Positions 12,831 to 26,855 of a DNA stretch of 64,000 bases are shown here, piece by piece. How positions within the stretch are numbered: position 1 is the stretch's first letter; each line of letters opens with the position of its first letter. The DNA lies in the NCBI RefSeq assembly GCF_018977255.1, contig NW_024704742.1, positions 86,182,001 to 86,246,000 on the forward strand, given 5' to 3'. The translations under genes were made by a program, and so were the position numbers. The notes beneath the pieces are model-generated. The model searched no databases and was not told the origin of the DNA. It saw only the letters and a program-made list of their open reading frames with translations. The DNA comes from Callorhinchus milii. Its lineage: Eukaryota.

Positions 12831-14988
12831 TGAATAGGTTGGCGAGTAGATAGATTTCCTGGCACCAATTAATTTGTATTGCCCCAGTGAATTGGAGATG
12901 GACAAAAATCAATCATTTGCCTCTCAGAAAATCGTCACTTAAGCCTTCTCAGATGGACATCAGATTACACAAGAGCTTTAAGGGAGCGTTTGTAATCCTA
13001 TTTTAAATAGCTTAATACGAAGTGACATCTGTGAGCTCAGATCTGTGTTGTATCCTATCTATGTTGCACAAGTACCCTCTGCTATGACAAAAGCAATATC
13101 GAAGAATGAAATATAAATGATGTTTCCGGCTCCTAATCACTCATGCCCTGGAAGTGATTTGAAATAAAATTTGTATTCATTTCCAGCATACCATAGCACC
13201 ACAGGAATTTACAGCACAGAAGGGCCAAGAAAATGTGGGGAAACCAACCCTGATGGTGCGAGGGATAGAGCTGCAGCACATGGACCCGAGCTCACTGGTT
13301 CAAATTCTGGTCCATCCTGAGCTTGCTAGTCTCAGCCAAGGCTGCATGTGGAGGCCATATTAGCTACAGACTTCTTGATTCGGGAAGGAAAAAATGAGTT
13401 GTCCTACTCTTGATCCCTCTGCAGCACCCTCTCCTGGATGCGTGTGTGTCAGAAGGGTGGGGAGAAGTCAGGTTAGAAGTCAAGTTTGGCTGACATCCTC
13501 TACAGTCAAGTGGCCAGCTGACACTCACTGCCAAGGCTCACAAACACACAATGGTCTTGGATGGGGTACCAGTGGGTAACCAGCAATTTGTGGGCGGGGG
13601 CTATGGGGGGTGGGAGGAGAAATGCAAAGATCGTTAAGATTGAGTGTGTTAGATTAGCAGGGAACTAGACAGTACAAATGGATTCAAGAGGTAACTTGAT
13701 GAGTTTTCCTTGATGAGGGTTATGGTGGGAACATGGTGTTGAGAAAGAATTGAAATGGAACCCACAGAAAATTTTGTTAAGAAAGTGATCTATAATATAA
13801 TGTGCTTGCATTTTAGACTGGTAGTTTACAGTAACAAGATGTTACTTGTTTGGTCAACTGGGTGTCCGGCACATGCAGAAACCTATCGACTGGCCTAATA
13901 GTATCTACTTCATTGGCTTTTTGTGGCACATTGATGTACTCAAATTGGCTGCCACCTTCGCCTCAAAATACACTTAACAGTAAAAAATTCTTATGAAGCG
14001 ATCTGAGTTTGATGGCACAGGTTGTGTTTTTCCCACTCTCTGTGTGAGTGTCAGCTTGTTACTTTTCCGCTTCCTCAAATATATAAACCCCAGGGGTGGC
14101 AACACTGTATTTCACAAAGCTGAGAGAAGCAAATGGTTTAAAGAACCTCATTTAATACAATGTGGGGAAGAGTGATTGCCATCTTTAGAAATGTATATTT
14201 TGAGATTATCTTTTCCTGTTGAGAAGCTTAACTTCACATGTTAAGAGCATGAAGACAGCATTTCTTTACATTGATGGTTTGACAGGCGCAGTATTCCCAT
14301 CAGCCCGGTGGGGTCTTTCTGACAGCTTGTTGAAGAGAAATGCAGCAAAAATCAGTGTGGAAGACAACTCAAAGCAACTACAGCAGTACCTGCTGTAACA
14401 TTAAACATGTGCACTGAACTTCTAACTGCTCCACTGGCTCATTATAGTATGGCCAGTGGAACTAACTGTGGCTGTTAGGTATGTGTCAGTGAGTATTTTA
14501 CAATGCGGAGTGATGAACAGGCAAGTTAAAAAGACAGGAGCCCAACGCCATCATCCTCTCGGCATCTTCTGCCAAATGCCCTGCACCGAGCACTGCTGAG
14601 TTGTGGAGTGTGACTTGTAGCATTGCATCTTGCTACCAGCAGGGGGACATCATTGCCTGTCTTTCCTTAAATGCGTTTTGGCTTGGCCGTCAGCATTATA
14701 ATAATCCTTGCATTCAATATAAAGACATTATAAAGCACTTCACAGGATATACTGTAACGTTCTGCATTTTGCGGGCGAATGTGGCAGCTGGTTTGCGCAG
14801 CGATGTTTCACAAACAGGCATGCAGTGAATGACCAATTTTATTTGGAAGTTTGTTGGCCAAGACTCTGCGGTGGAATCTTACTGTTCTCTGTCGCAACTT
14901 GCTGGAGAAGTCAGTCTCGCTGTTTTCACTACTGATGCTCCTGAATCTCTTGACTTCATTCAGTTTTGATTTCTTATAGGATAACTGC

Positions 14989-15417
14989 AATAATAATCCT
15001 TGCATTTGATATAGTATCCAATCACGTTGATGAAACTTCTCAAAGCGCTTCACAGGATTTACTATAGAGTGTAGTGACCATGGTGAAAATTGCAGCAGCC
15101 AATTTTCGCACAGCAAACAGCCATGAAGTGAATGACCAATTTGATTTTATCTGGGGGATTGTTTGCCAGGACACTGGGAGAAACTCCCTTTTCTTTTCGA
15201 ATAGTGCAATGAAATTTTTAACATCCACCTGAACAGGCATTTGAAACCCCAGTTTTAATGTCTCATCTGAAGGGTGACACCTTGAACAATGCAGCATTCT
15301 CCTAGCATGGTATCGGGGAGTCAACCTAGATAATGAGTTCCCATTCCTGGCATGGGGCTTAAACCCACAACCTTCTGAATCCGAGGCAATATTGCTGCCA
15401 ACTGAGCCAGCCTGACA
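14989..15417 (-). mobile_element. Deu-domain SINE, near full length
   Basis: (aat)n tail, Deu core, and reverse tRNA-like head ending actgagccagcctgaca. Confidence 0.7.
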
Positions 15418-16189
15418 TCTTATTTAATAAGGAAACTGTAAGCAAATCACTCCATTCCAACACAATCTACTTTCAGAACAAGAATTCTGTGTGATGTGTG
15501 TTGCGTTGCAGAATATACCAGCCTGTCTGATCTCAAGCACCAGGAGCAATACAAACAGCCTACAGCATTAGGCAAATCAAGTGTATTACAGCTGAAATGC
15601 TGATCTCTTCTCTCTCCACCCCCGCAACCCCCCCCCCCCCCCCCACCCCACGGTCTCACCACACCACCAAGCTACCAATAACAAGAACAGCTTAGCTCTT
15701 GAGGTCATGAACTAAGCTAAAGATTTGGGCTTAGTACTCAGCAAGTTTCCAAATGTTAAGGAATGTTTAGTTAGTTCAGAAGGTTAGAGTTAAAATATTC
15801 TTGCTGACTTAGATGGCTGGAAATGCTGTAGTTTTTCTTTTCATATAGAAATCGTTGAAAGACCATGCTGCAATGGCTATTGTAGAGTAACGGAGGGTCC
15901 TTCAGTGGCTTTAAATTTGCTTGCAGGAGTACTGACAGAGGGTCAGCTTTTACAAGGGATCCTTGGTTTGGTGCATTGTGGAAAGAGTGCAGCTAGGAAA
16001 TGACATGGTAAACTGTAAACCAATAACAATCTGGACTTTTATTTCACTCACGTACCTCCTGCAATTTTCTTGTAGAGCACTTTTAGACATCTTGACTTTA
16101 CAGGCACTATATCAAATCTAGGGTTCATTACTTTAACCACCTCATGTCTAGGCAGCATGGGCCTGTTGAAGTTTGCAAGTTTGCATAAA

Positions 16190-17030
16190 ATATTACACCA
16201 ATGGAGACAGGCCATTTGGACCAGCTAGTCTGTGCTGGTGTTTATATTTCACAAGAGCCTCCACCCTTCTGAATCACCTCTTCCCATACTCCTCTATTCC
16301 CTTCTCCCTCATGTAGGCATCAGGTTTACTCCTAAATACGTTAATCTTTTTGCTTCAGCCACACCTTCTGAATGTTCAATGAATTCCACATTTTCACTGC
16401 CCTCTGCATAAAAGAGTTCTGTCTAAACTCCCTTTTAGATCTGTTACTGGTTATCTTATATTTATGCCCCCCTTGTTTTGAACACAACAAGTGGAAACCG
16501 CCAATCGACTTCCTTGTATCAAATCCTTTTATAATTTTAAACATTTCTATTCCCTCTCAATTGCCTCATTTCCAGAGAGAAAAGCCCTAACCTGTCCAAT
16601 CTTTCTTGGTAGCTGTGTTCACTCATCCCTGGGATTATCCTAGTAACTCTATGCTGTATTCTCCCCAATGCCATAATATCATTCCTATAATATGGTGACC
16701 AGAACTGCACACATGTTATTTAATTAAAGTTTTAAGTAAATTTAACATTACTTCCCTACTTTATACTCTGTTCCTCTCGATATATCCCAAGGATTCTATT
16801 TACACTTTTTATGGCCTTGACCATAGTTGCTACTTTTAGAGTCTTGTAAATCTGAATCCATGGATCCTTTAATCCTGTCCCCTTTAGGTTTTTACTGTCC
16901 AGGCAATAATTGACTTTGTTATTCTTCCTAACCAATGTGAATCACTTCAAATTTCTCTACCTTAAACTTCATCTGCCATCCTGCAAGCCTGTTTGTTTTC
17001 TTGCAATTCTCTTCATTATTCATCACATCC
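16190..17030 (-). mobile_element. CR1 LINE 3' portion, degenerate
   Basis: Reverse frames show FKIIKGFD...GHKYKI...F.QR.V..WNSL, and the YCVQFWSP-like region appears as ggtgaccagaactgcacaca on +. Confidence 0.8.
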
Positions 17031-17059
17031 CCCAATTTGGGACGCTTTGGGTCACCACA

Positions 17060-17132
17060 TCCCCCAGCGCTTTGGGATGTCCTCCCGATGTGAAAGGTGC
17101 TCTATAAATGTAATTTTGTTGTTGTTGTTGTT
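17060..17132 (+). mobile_element. Very short L2 3' tail insertion
   Basis: cagcgctttgggatgtcctcccgatgtgaaaggtgctctataaat followed by (gtt)n. Confidence 0.75.
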
Positions 17133-17886
17133 GTACTAGCAATGTGATGTTCAGAAGTAAATACCCAAATATATCTCCTATGCCAATAATTTCTTTCAGT
17201 CTTTTATGAAGAAAGGGTATGTGGAATATAATCCTAGGAGAAACCACAGGGTCTATCTTAGTGTTCACTAAACTAGTGATAAAAATTAATTTGGTCACTC
17301 ACTCCATGACTGTTTGTGGGACACTGCTGTGTGCAATTGGCTGCCATGTTTCGCTTTGAGACATCTGAACGTCTATACCAAATGCAAGGATCATTATTAT
17401 TATAACGTATTTTCATTAAATAATCTGAGCAAGTACAGGTATGTACATACATGCACATTTGTGCTGCAACTTAATTTGAGAAGTTCAGCACAACAGAGGT
17501 GTGAAATACTGTATGCAGGTAACATCAGAATGCTGATTCTGGGCTTAGATTCCTCAGTCCAGTTCTAGATGACATGCTCCGTGTGCTGAATCAACTCATG
17601 CTTGAAAATTGAATTCTCCATGATCCATTGAACCTTCCTAGCATTCAACATTGGTAAACAGCTAATTAAAATTCCATGATCCGATTGGTATAAGAGGAAA
17701 GGTATTTAATGCACATTAAAATTCTCATTCTCTTAAAAGAAGCCTGGGATACTGTGAGCGAGTTTTAAATCCCAGATGAATTTTTAAAATAGTCCGTCTG
17801 GTCAGAGCTCTACTGAACTTCCCACCAGGCTTTATCCTGGAATAAAGGAAATCACCCAGTTTAAATTAGCTCTCTGCCGCCTAATT

Positions 17887-18430
17887 CAACAACAACAGCA
17901 AATTGCATTTATATAGTATCTTCCACGTTGGGAGGACATCCTAAGGCGCTGGACAATGAGCGGTTTGCACCCGAGCTGGGTTGGGATCAGAGAGGGCAAG
18001 GGGGGTGGAGGAGGGAAGATGACTGAAGGCACGATCGAAAAGGAAGCTCTTGAGATGGACCTTGATGGAGGCCATGGCGAGGCAGAAGGGCTCCGTGATG
18101 GGTGGGGGCAGAAAGGCTGAAGGCCCAACCACTGATAGTGGAACAGGCAGGCAGGGGACATGGAGCAGGCCAGTGCCTGTTGAGTGGACAGGTTGGTGAA
18201 GTTTTAAAAGATTGCAGAGGTGGGGAGGAGCAAGACCATGGAGGGCTTTGAAGATGAGGACAAGGATCTTGAACTTGATTCTCTGGGGGATGGGGAGCCA
18301 GTGAAGCCGGGCAAAAATGGGGGTGATCAGCTAACGAAGCTTAGTGAGGGAGAGGACACGAGCTGCAAAGTTCTGAATAATCTGCAGCTTGTGGAGAGAC
18401 AAGTTGGGAAATCCAGTGAGCAGGGAGCAG
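17887..18430 (-). mobile_element. L2 LINE 3' end, older
   Basis: (caa)n tail; diverged homology to the 49018-49586 copy. Confidence 0.8.
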
Positions 18431-19471
18431 TCAAGCATACTTCAGCATGGCACCCACTAACCTTGATAGCCAGTATTGCACAACTTATTGCAAAATGTGC
18501 ACTCTATTGAGAGAGTGTCCAAGCGAGAGTTTCACTCACAGGCTTAGTGCTCTGGGAGAAAGCATTCTTTAAATGAAACACCTGTAAATTGAGTGACAAT
18601 TTGACATAATCATGACTTCTAAATAGTATGGGAAGCACTGGCTAGTGAATGTAAAACATTTCCAACTTTTAAAGGGTATGAAATACAGTAATAAAAACAA
18701 CCTTTTAACCTGATTAAAATTTCAAATGCTCATGTCACTAGTAATTAACAAGTGGGTTGGATAGCGGCCTGTGATGCTTTAAAAAGATTTATGGGAACTA
18801 GACTGTTCGCTTGTTCTTTCTGTCCATTATGTATTGGAAGTGACATTCTTAAACAAGGCTGCCTTTCTGGTCCAGTAGACCAATTAAGAACACTCACATT
18901 TGTCATCCCACGATTGTACAACTTTTAGCTAGCTCTCATCACTGTTGCATATTGCTGGGGGCTGTGATCTTCACTGACATCCCCTTAAGAATACAGTGCT
19001 GTGGAGGCAGATTTCAGCCAAATCACTGAACTTCAGCCAAGCTATTGAGTCTGGGAACATTTGAGTTGGAGACGTTTTTGGATCAAGTTTTACGTATTTA
19101 AAAAAAGATTTACCAGCAGCTGTCATGAGACTTTGATTTACTAATAATGTGTTCATTCGTGCCTCCTCGATTGATAATTAATTTTAAAAAAAAGTTTTGT
19201 CCATCCTTTGCATGAGATGTTTCAGCTAAGGTAGATTATTTCTGCTTGTTACAGTAGTTCAGGGAGATGTTTCAGATCCCACTTTGCTATTTAAATGAAG
19301 AGGAGAGTGTTAAGGTATCGTGGCCCAAAGGTGTATTGTAAAGATCGCTACTGCATTTTAACAATTAGTGTATGATGTGCTTTGAGATGTTTTGATGTTG
19401 CAAGGCTTTATATCAAATGCAAATGCATCAGTATTAATATTTTGCGCTTCTTATTTTTGTAATTCTGTTGA

Positions 19472-19750
19472 AAGCATTCCAATCTCATAATTGCAGTAAC
19501 TTTGAATTTCCAACGGAACGATTTCCCTAAAAGAAGAGTGGCCAATCTGTGGCCATCAAGAAGTGCCCCAACCACCCCACTCCGCCCCTACCTCGGACAT
19601 TCAATGAGTCCAGGGAAGTCCGTGTTCGATCGGTAACGTGTTTTCAGTTTTTTTCTTGATTGAATATTTCTTGAGTTATGGCATAAATCAAGAAATATTT
19701 AATCAAGAAGATTTATTTTGTCGACCAACCATAAAGGTTGAGCACCACTA
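19472..19750 (-). mobile_element. hAT-like non-autonomous element fragment with internal 28-bp hairpin
   Basis: Reverse strand begins TAGTGGTGCTCAACCTTT (Charlie-like terminus). Homologous to 34988-35199 and duplicated at 20132-20400. Confidence 0.55.
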
Positions 19751-19877
19751 GCCTGAACCATCAGTGAGATGGATGCTGGCTCAGTGTTGGAGAAAGAGAT
19801 TTGCTGGAATGATGCAGCCATTATCCAATCTTTAGATTCTGGAATCTAATTCATTATTACTTGCTAAGCACTGTTAT

Positions 19878-20131
19878 AATAATAATAATCCTTGCATTTG
19901 ATATAGCGCTTTTCACGTCGGGAGAATGTCCCAAAGCGCTTCATAGAACACACTGTAAAGTGAATTGACTGTATATTTGTGGGCGAACTCGGCAGCCAAT
20001 TGCGCACAGCAATGTCCCACAAACAGTCGTAGATTGAAAATGACCAATTTTATTATTGTTTTTGGTTTTTGGAGGGATTATTATTAGGCGTGTGGAGTAA
20101 GGAAACTTGCCCAAGGTTTCGCCCTGCCTGG
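19878..20131 (-). mobile_element. tRNA-derived SINE, short young form, 5'-truncated
   Basis: Near-identical (reverse complement) to 26856-27173; the tRNA head is missing. Confidence 0.88.
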
Positions 20132-20400
20132 AAGCATTCCAATCTCATAATTGCATTAAATTTGAATTTCCAACGGAACGATTTCCTTAAAAGAAGAGTG
20201 GCCAATCTGTGGCCATCAAGAAGTGCCCCAACCACCCCCCTCCCCCCCTACCTCGGACATTCACATGAGTCCAGGAAAGTCCGTGTTCGATCGGTAACGT
20301 GTTTCAGTTTTTTTCTTGATTGAATATTTCTTGAGTTATGGCATAAATCAAGAAATATTTAATCAAGAAGATTTATTTTGTCGACCGACCATAAAGGTTG
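20132..20400. repeat. Direct duplicate of 19472-19740 (269 nt, 660-nt offset)
   Basis: Both copies run aagcattccaatctcataattgca...accataaaggttg with only scattered differences. Confidence 0.95.
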
Positions 20401-23400
20401 TAACATTCTTCTGACTGATTTAATTTGTGGGTTGCAGCTAGGGAGCATCGTTATTTTTCTAAACTGCAGCAGCTGAAATGGTACTTTATTGTGTTTTAAT
20501 CATTGGAGGAGCCCTTGGAAAATGTGTTCTTTATCAACAAAGACATTTAAGGTTGATGTGCTCCATTTTCAAACTGCACAACGTGTAGAGTTTGGATTCA
20601 GGAGCAGCTGTAGATCACAAGCAAGATGGCAAAGTCTGAGCATTGAAGAGTCTTTCTGAAGGTTTGTGGTTGGTGAGGGAGGAGCAGCTAAGCAGATGGG
20701 GTGAGAGAGAATGGACCAAAAATAAATAAGGCAGTGAGGAATGGGCTGAAAGTTGCAAACCAAAGTAGGATAAAATTGGAGCTATTCTGCTCCATTTGCC
20801 AAGTGCAGCCAATATTTTAATATGCTCCTGAGGGAAAAGAATGAGTGAGAATGCACATGAACACAGAAGGAAAGATCTATAGAAGATGTTAATGAGAGAG
20901 ATAACAGCAGAGTCGGGGCAGATGTATAATGGTAAGATGCTTCAGCCTTTCATCACAAACTCTGTACTCTGGAATAGTGAGTGAAGGAGAATGAAAGAAG
21001 TTTCATATCAATGAAACGAATGGAAACTGAGGACTCAAAGAAAATGAATCTAAAAAGGAGAGAGAATGATGATAGACCAGAGTAATGAGCACAGAGTAAT
21101 AAATTATTAATGAGTAATAAGCATCCTTGTCATTTACACTGGTACAATTCCAGTTGCAGCACCACCACTTCCTGTATCCCTTGTCATGCATTTAGTTTAA
21201 TGCACCTGCCCTGTTCTTACCCAAGCAAACCTATTCTTTGGTTGTAGTTAACTGCTCTGCAGGTTAGATAATAAGTAACAACAGTAACCATTCATATAGT
21301 TATCTTCGGATAATTTAAAAAGTACTGTATGATGTTTTTCAATTTTGGATTAGTCAAGATGGATTCCACTGGTCTTTTCTGGTATGGTAGGTTTCTTTTT
21401 ACATTTGTTTTTAATACTGTAGTTATTTCCTTACTCCTCTCTCTCTTCCTCTTCTCTCTCTCTCATTGTTTCAGTTGTGAATGATTCAGTGTCCTCCCTT
21501 TTGTAACATTCAGTGTCACTTCGTAACCAAAAGGATAGACAAGTCTTCGCCAACACTAGTCTACAGCCAGGTCCAACTGGTGCCAGAGTGTCATAGGTTC
21601 ATTCAGGTTCCAGTCTCCTTTCCTTCCTGTGGTGAAGGCTATCACATCTCTCACCGCTTCTGATCCTGCCATATGCTGGTCAGCTGATCTACATCTTTTC
21701 TCTGTGATGAGGTGAGGTGAAGTCCTTGTCTTTTACTGTGCCTTCAGACACCCTCCCACTTCCACCACCTCTACCCTCCAACCTTCTTGATTCCAGCCAC
21801 CAGCTCAGGTCCAAACCCTTAACTATCCAGCGCCTTGGGACATCCTTCTGATGTGAAAGGCGCTACAAAAATACCAATTTGTGGTTTGTCCCATCTGGGG
21901 CAGAGGGGCAGCCCGGGTGTCAAGGGTTGTCCAAGGGACGGTCCGTCTAGAGAGGGTGGGAGGATGAAGGTCCATCCTGGGGTGGCGCAAAGGTCTGACC
22001 GGGGATGGTGAGCATCCGTCGAGGTGGGAGGGTCCATCCAGGTGGTGGTGACGGGAGGAGGTATCTGTCTGGGGACTGAGGGTCGTGTGGGGCTGAGGTG
22101 CTTGAATCCAGCTCCCACTGAAAGACTGAAAAATTGCAGAATTTCCCATAAATCTATGCCACCTTCAGTTTGAAGCCAGAATGATTCAACAGGCTAAGAC
22201 TAATTGAGCTGTGGGTCTCTGAGGCTTGTGGTAACAGTCAGTCAGGCATGTTAGTGTCAGCACAGCACTGTGGTTCGGCAACTCCCTCTGAGTTGCAAAG
22301 CAGCTGGTCTGCTAATTAAAGCAACTTGTCTAAGGTGGCTTGAATCAAGCAGATATTGAACAAATGAAGATTGCCTAGTACAAGTAGGTATCATTTGTTA
22401 TGCTATATAACTAGATTTTAATTATTGCTGAAAGATTATAATAAGCAGCTGCGGGCGAGGGAATACCTCATGCCGGTAACTGTAATAGTTTTGACGGTGA
22501 GGTTCAATATGTGGCAATTTCTAAGAGAATGACTTAATAAGGAAACTGGAAGTGAGTCGGGCCCATTTGTGGAGCTCCGCTCCGAAGCACTGGCACAGCA
22601 GTGGCATATTGTCATGACATGGCCAGTAATTTGTGGTGTTTGTAAAAATGGGGGGAAGCACTAATCGTGACTTTAAGAAGCCCTCAAAATAGGTTTAACA
22701 AAGATTTTAAAGATTTACAAAGAATGTACAGCATGGAAACTGGTCGCTCAACTCAACCAGTCCGTAACGGCGTTTATACTTCAGGCAGCAAGTTCCATAA
22801 TCTCACTAACGCCCTCACTATCTCTGTTCCTCCTAAATTCTCTTTCAGATCTCTTAGTCGCTATCTTAAATGCTATTTATGCTACTATTATATGGTCAAA
22901 CTCATATAGAAAAAGAGAGAAGGGAATAGACGAATATGGGAGCGAGGGTGACTTGCCAGCCTTTTTTTTTACTCTGGTGATTTTGAGAAGTCCTGACCAA
23001 CCCCACTCCCACCCCGCTACCTGCTATCTATTTCCGCCTCTCAACTCCCACTACTTAGGCCCACTGAGAGGTTCAAATTAGCATCTCCCTCACTCCAGAA
23101 GAATATTCCCAATTATTGCCTGCTGTCAAAGTGGGTCAATCTGCTTTTTTCTTGTTTCATACACTCCTGGATGAACAGCCAGTGAGAGCTTATAAGCCTG
23201 TGCACAGTTTGGAACATAGCCTTATGCCCTTCCAACCAGATGGCTTTTGTAGATTGACCGATCAAAACAGCAATCATTGCTAAATTTCTGTGTACATAAG
23301 GTTTTATTTGTTTAAAACCATTAATTTGCCAAGGGAGAGAAGGTATCTGCTTCATCTGTTGTGTTTTGATGAAAATTAGGCAAAAGAAATCCACAGAATG

Positions 23401-26400
23401 TGCCGTTTGCTAATTTTATGAATGAATAACAATCAAAGTGAATTTGCTGTGCAAATCCTTGCACCAGCTGGTACAAGAGCCCACAGTCTCTGAGGATAAT
23501 CTGGTCCCGCATGTGGTTCATTAATCAATACCTAAACCCAAAGTGGTAAACAACAGCAAAAGACCTTTGTAACCTGCCCCAACCCCTTGTGTATGTATGT
23601 GTGTTTGTTGGTGCAGCCCTTTTCTTCCCTTTCATTCCCAGCAGGTCTCTCCTCTTCTCTCCCCTCTCTTCCCATGCTCAGATTGTCAAACTGATCTGTT
23701 GCCATCTTGAAATCTTGAGGGGGTTTTAATGCTGATTTATTTTCTGGGCTCGATTTTTAGGTGAGTGGTGAACATTAAACTCTTTCTGGTGCAGGAAACT
23801 GTTCAACTAAACTTAGCAGTACTCCCTGTGAAGAGCTTTGAGATGTTTAAATTTTAATTGTTGCTGTATCAAATGTAAGGATTATTATTATTATAGTAAC
23901 TGGCCACAATTTGATCTTTTCCAAAAAATACAAATTTGTCCTCATTCTTTGAACTACATTTTCATATTTGGGGTGAATAATAATAGGGGTGAAAGTTGTG
24001 ATTACAGATAAACCCCGGCCTGCCGGTCCAATGGGGGTGGGGGGAGATCTGATCCGGTGAGCCAGAATTTTCGGTTAAGTGTAAGTACAATGCTGGTAAT
24101 GCAAAAAATGCATATGCAATGCAGGAAAATGCCGTTAATATCAGTAATCACTCACCCCCTCTGACACCAGACGAAGGACGGTGAGGCAAGAAGCTCTGGG
24201 CATCATGTGGGCTGCTCAGCGTGGCGTTGGTGTGTTGGACTGGTGGGAATCCACACGTGCCTCTCAAAAATTTTGGGCCTGAGGAATTCCTTTTGAAAAA
24301 AAAGTTTAAATTCCAGATACCAGGAGTCCAGTAAGCCTGGGGTTTACTGTAATTATGAAATTGATGAAAATTGCAGTCGATAACTAAATACCGTGTAAAC
24401 ACCACCACTATTTTCCTCCAGTATCCCGTCTGACTGGCCTGTGTGACTAAGCAGTTTGGTTGAACTGGAGGCCACCCCAAAGCTTTCGATGGCCATTGGA
24501 ATTACTACCCAGGGAGCATAAGAATTGACTGCCACATCACGGGATGCCAGCTTCATTCACATTCTGTAGGAACACTGTGCAGTATATACAGGTTATCACA
24601 ACTCACTGTAGTTAGTGAACTACAATGTGAATCATCAGTTGTGAAACTGACCAGTTGCTCAAAAGAAATAAAAAGTCTGGAACTGAAGGTAAAGTATTGC
24701 CGATGCTGCAACTGAATTTGGATGGATATAGTTTGAAACTTCATACCAATTCTTTTTGAGCTGTTTCATATTTTCTGGCTCCTCATTTAGTGTTACACAG
24801 AGTTGTGAGATCTGGCCAGTGCGCAATGATGGCACTTATGTAACTATCCAAATGACAAAGGGATTGAAATGTCTGTATCGGGCATCAAAAAGCACAACTA
24901 AAAGGGTTCCCAGTGAATGAAAATATGCTTCAGTGAGCAGCAGTGTAAGTGATCTTGGGAAGCATGTACTAAATGCAAAAGCATTCCCATCCTTCCTAAC
25001 TGTAGCTTGAGCTGATGCACAAACACATTCTATAGGGACAGACAAATTACAGGCATTGAACGATCTGTTGTTTGGGAGGAGGCAAGGAAAAGCCTGGAAA
25101 ATTTCACTTGTTGACTTATGAGCTGTCGTCATTTCGCCCCAGTATGATGTACATTTCAGCAGAGGTGACACGAAATAGGAAAGCAATTGATTCCCTTCAA
25201 GTGTGAATCAGAGCAGCCACCAATAGGCCAGGTTTTGTTGGTTTGCTGCTGTTTGAGAAGAATGACTCGTATCCCTAGATTTCTTTTGTTGAGTTTAAGC
25301 CGGGATCCCGCAAACCAGCATTCTAACAGTGGTGCTCTGCAAGCCAGCAAACCCAATGGCGGCTTCAGGCCCAACAACAATAACTTGCACATATATATAG
25401 TGCCCCCTCACGCAGGGTAGTTGTCCAGAGCTAGTTATAGCCATTGTAACTAAAACAGATTGAGATCAGGAAACGTGTCTTCATGCAGAGCGTTGTGAAG
25501 ATGTGGAGCGCTCTGCCCCAGAAATCTGTAGAGATGAAATCAACAGGAATGTTTAAAAGAGACTTAGTCAGATATTTGGGAAGTAGAGGTATTAAGAATT
25601 CTAGCAAACTAGCAGGAATTGGGATTAAAAGATCTGCCAAAATCTAATAAACTGGTGGAACAGGCTCAATGGGTTGAATGGCCTCCTTTTTTCATGTTGC
25701 TGACAAACCCGCTGTCAGACATCATCAAATCACATATCACAATTTTCATCCTATAATGCCTAATCGTTGGCCTGTCTCAAAAATTTTCCTAACACTGAGT
25801 TGCTTTGAAGTATGGTGACTGTTATGCAAGCAAACATAGCAGCTAATGTACCCTATCAATGTCACACAAACGGTGATGAAATGAATGACCAGCTAATCTA
25901 GGACTTTTTGATAAGAAAGGAGTATCAACCAGAACCCTGTGACAATGCCCTGTGTTTCTTTGAAAGCATGCCATAAGATCTTTAACATATCATCAGGAAG
26001 ACATCACCTCCTGACAATGGAGCTTTCCTCGCTGCTGCCTAGGAAGAATCACTTCAGTGTTCAGCTCAAGTTCTCAAGCCACAATCTTTTTATCGAAAGA
26101 TATAGATGACTTGGTTCTCCAGCTTTGATTCCACAGATGATGAGGGAGGCACCTGATACAAAGCAAAAATGTGCATGTCTAAAGTTAATACTGTGTCATG
26201 CTATGGATCTGCGGTATACCAGAGTGAAGTACACTTCTGGCTTTAACCTGACAGCTTCCTGCGCATAGTGCACTCTTGGCATCTAGCAGTGTTCGAGCTA
26301 TCACGGGAAACGTTCTGAGAGCCTTTGCTGGCCTCAATTGCAGAAAATGATGTCAGTGGCTTCCGCTGACCAGTGGGCTTTTTTTAAAAAAAAAGTCTTA

Positions 26401-26855
26401 TTTTGCATCCATAATTTTGGGTTTGGACCCAAATCACTGCATTAAAACGGGTTTGACTGGCAATTTAATGTAAAACAAAAATTCTGTTGCAGTGCAATTG
26501 ATGGCAAATATTCCTAGGTCTTGTCTACTATTTGACATCTCTGACCAAGTATATAGATGCATCTGTTGAAATGAAGGCTCCTACTGTTTTTCACTGATGT
26601 CTCGATCACAAGATTGGTTTGGATTAAGAAGGTCCTTCAGCCTATCCGATCTCATCTTTCCAGAACACCTACCCTACTGTCATCGTCCCCTGCCCTCCCA
26701 TCACAACAGCATCAAGCTACTTTTTAAATGAGTCTAGTAATCCTGGGCTCTACCACCTTTCCTGCCAGCCTATTCCAGTCGTTCATTACCCTCAAAGTGA
26801 AGAAAAACTTACTGGTGTTTGTCCTGAAATTTGCTCAATCCAACTCTAAACCTAC

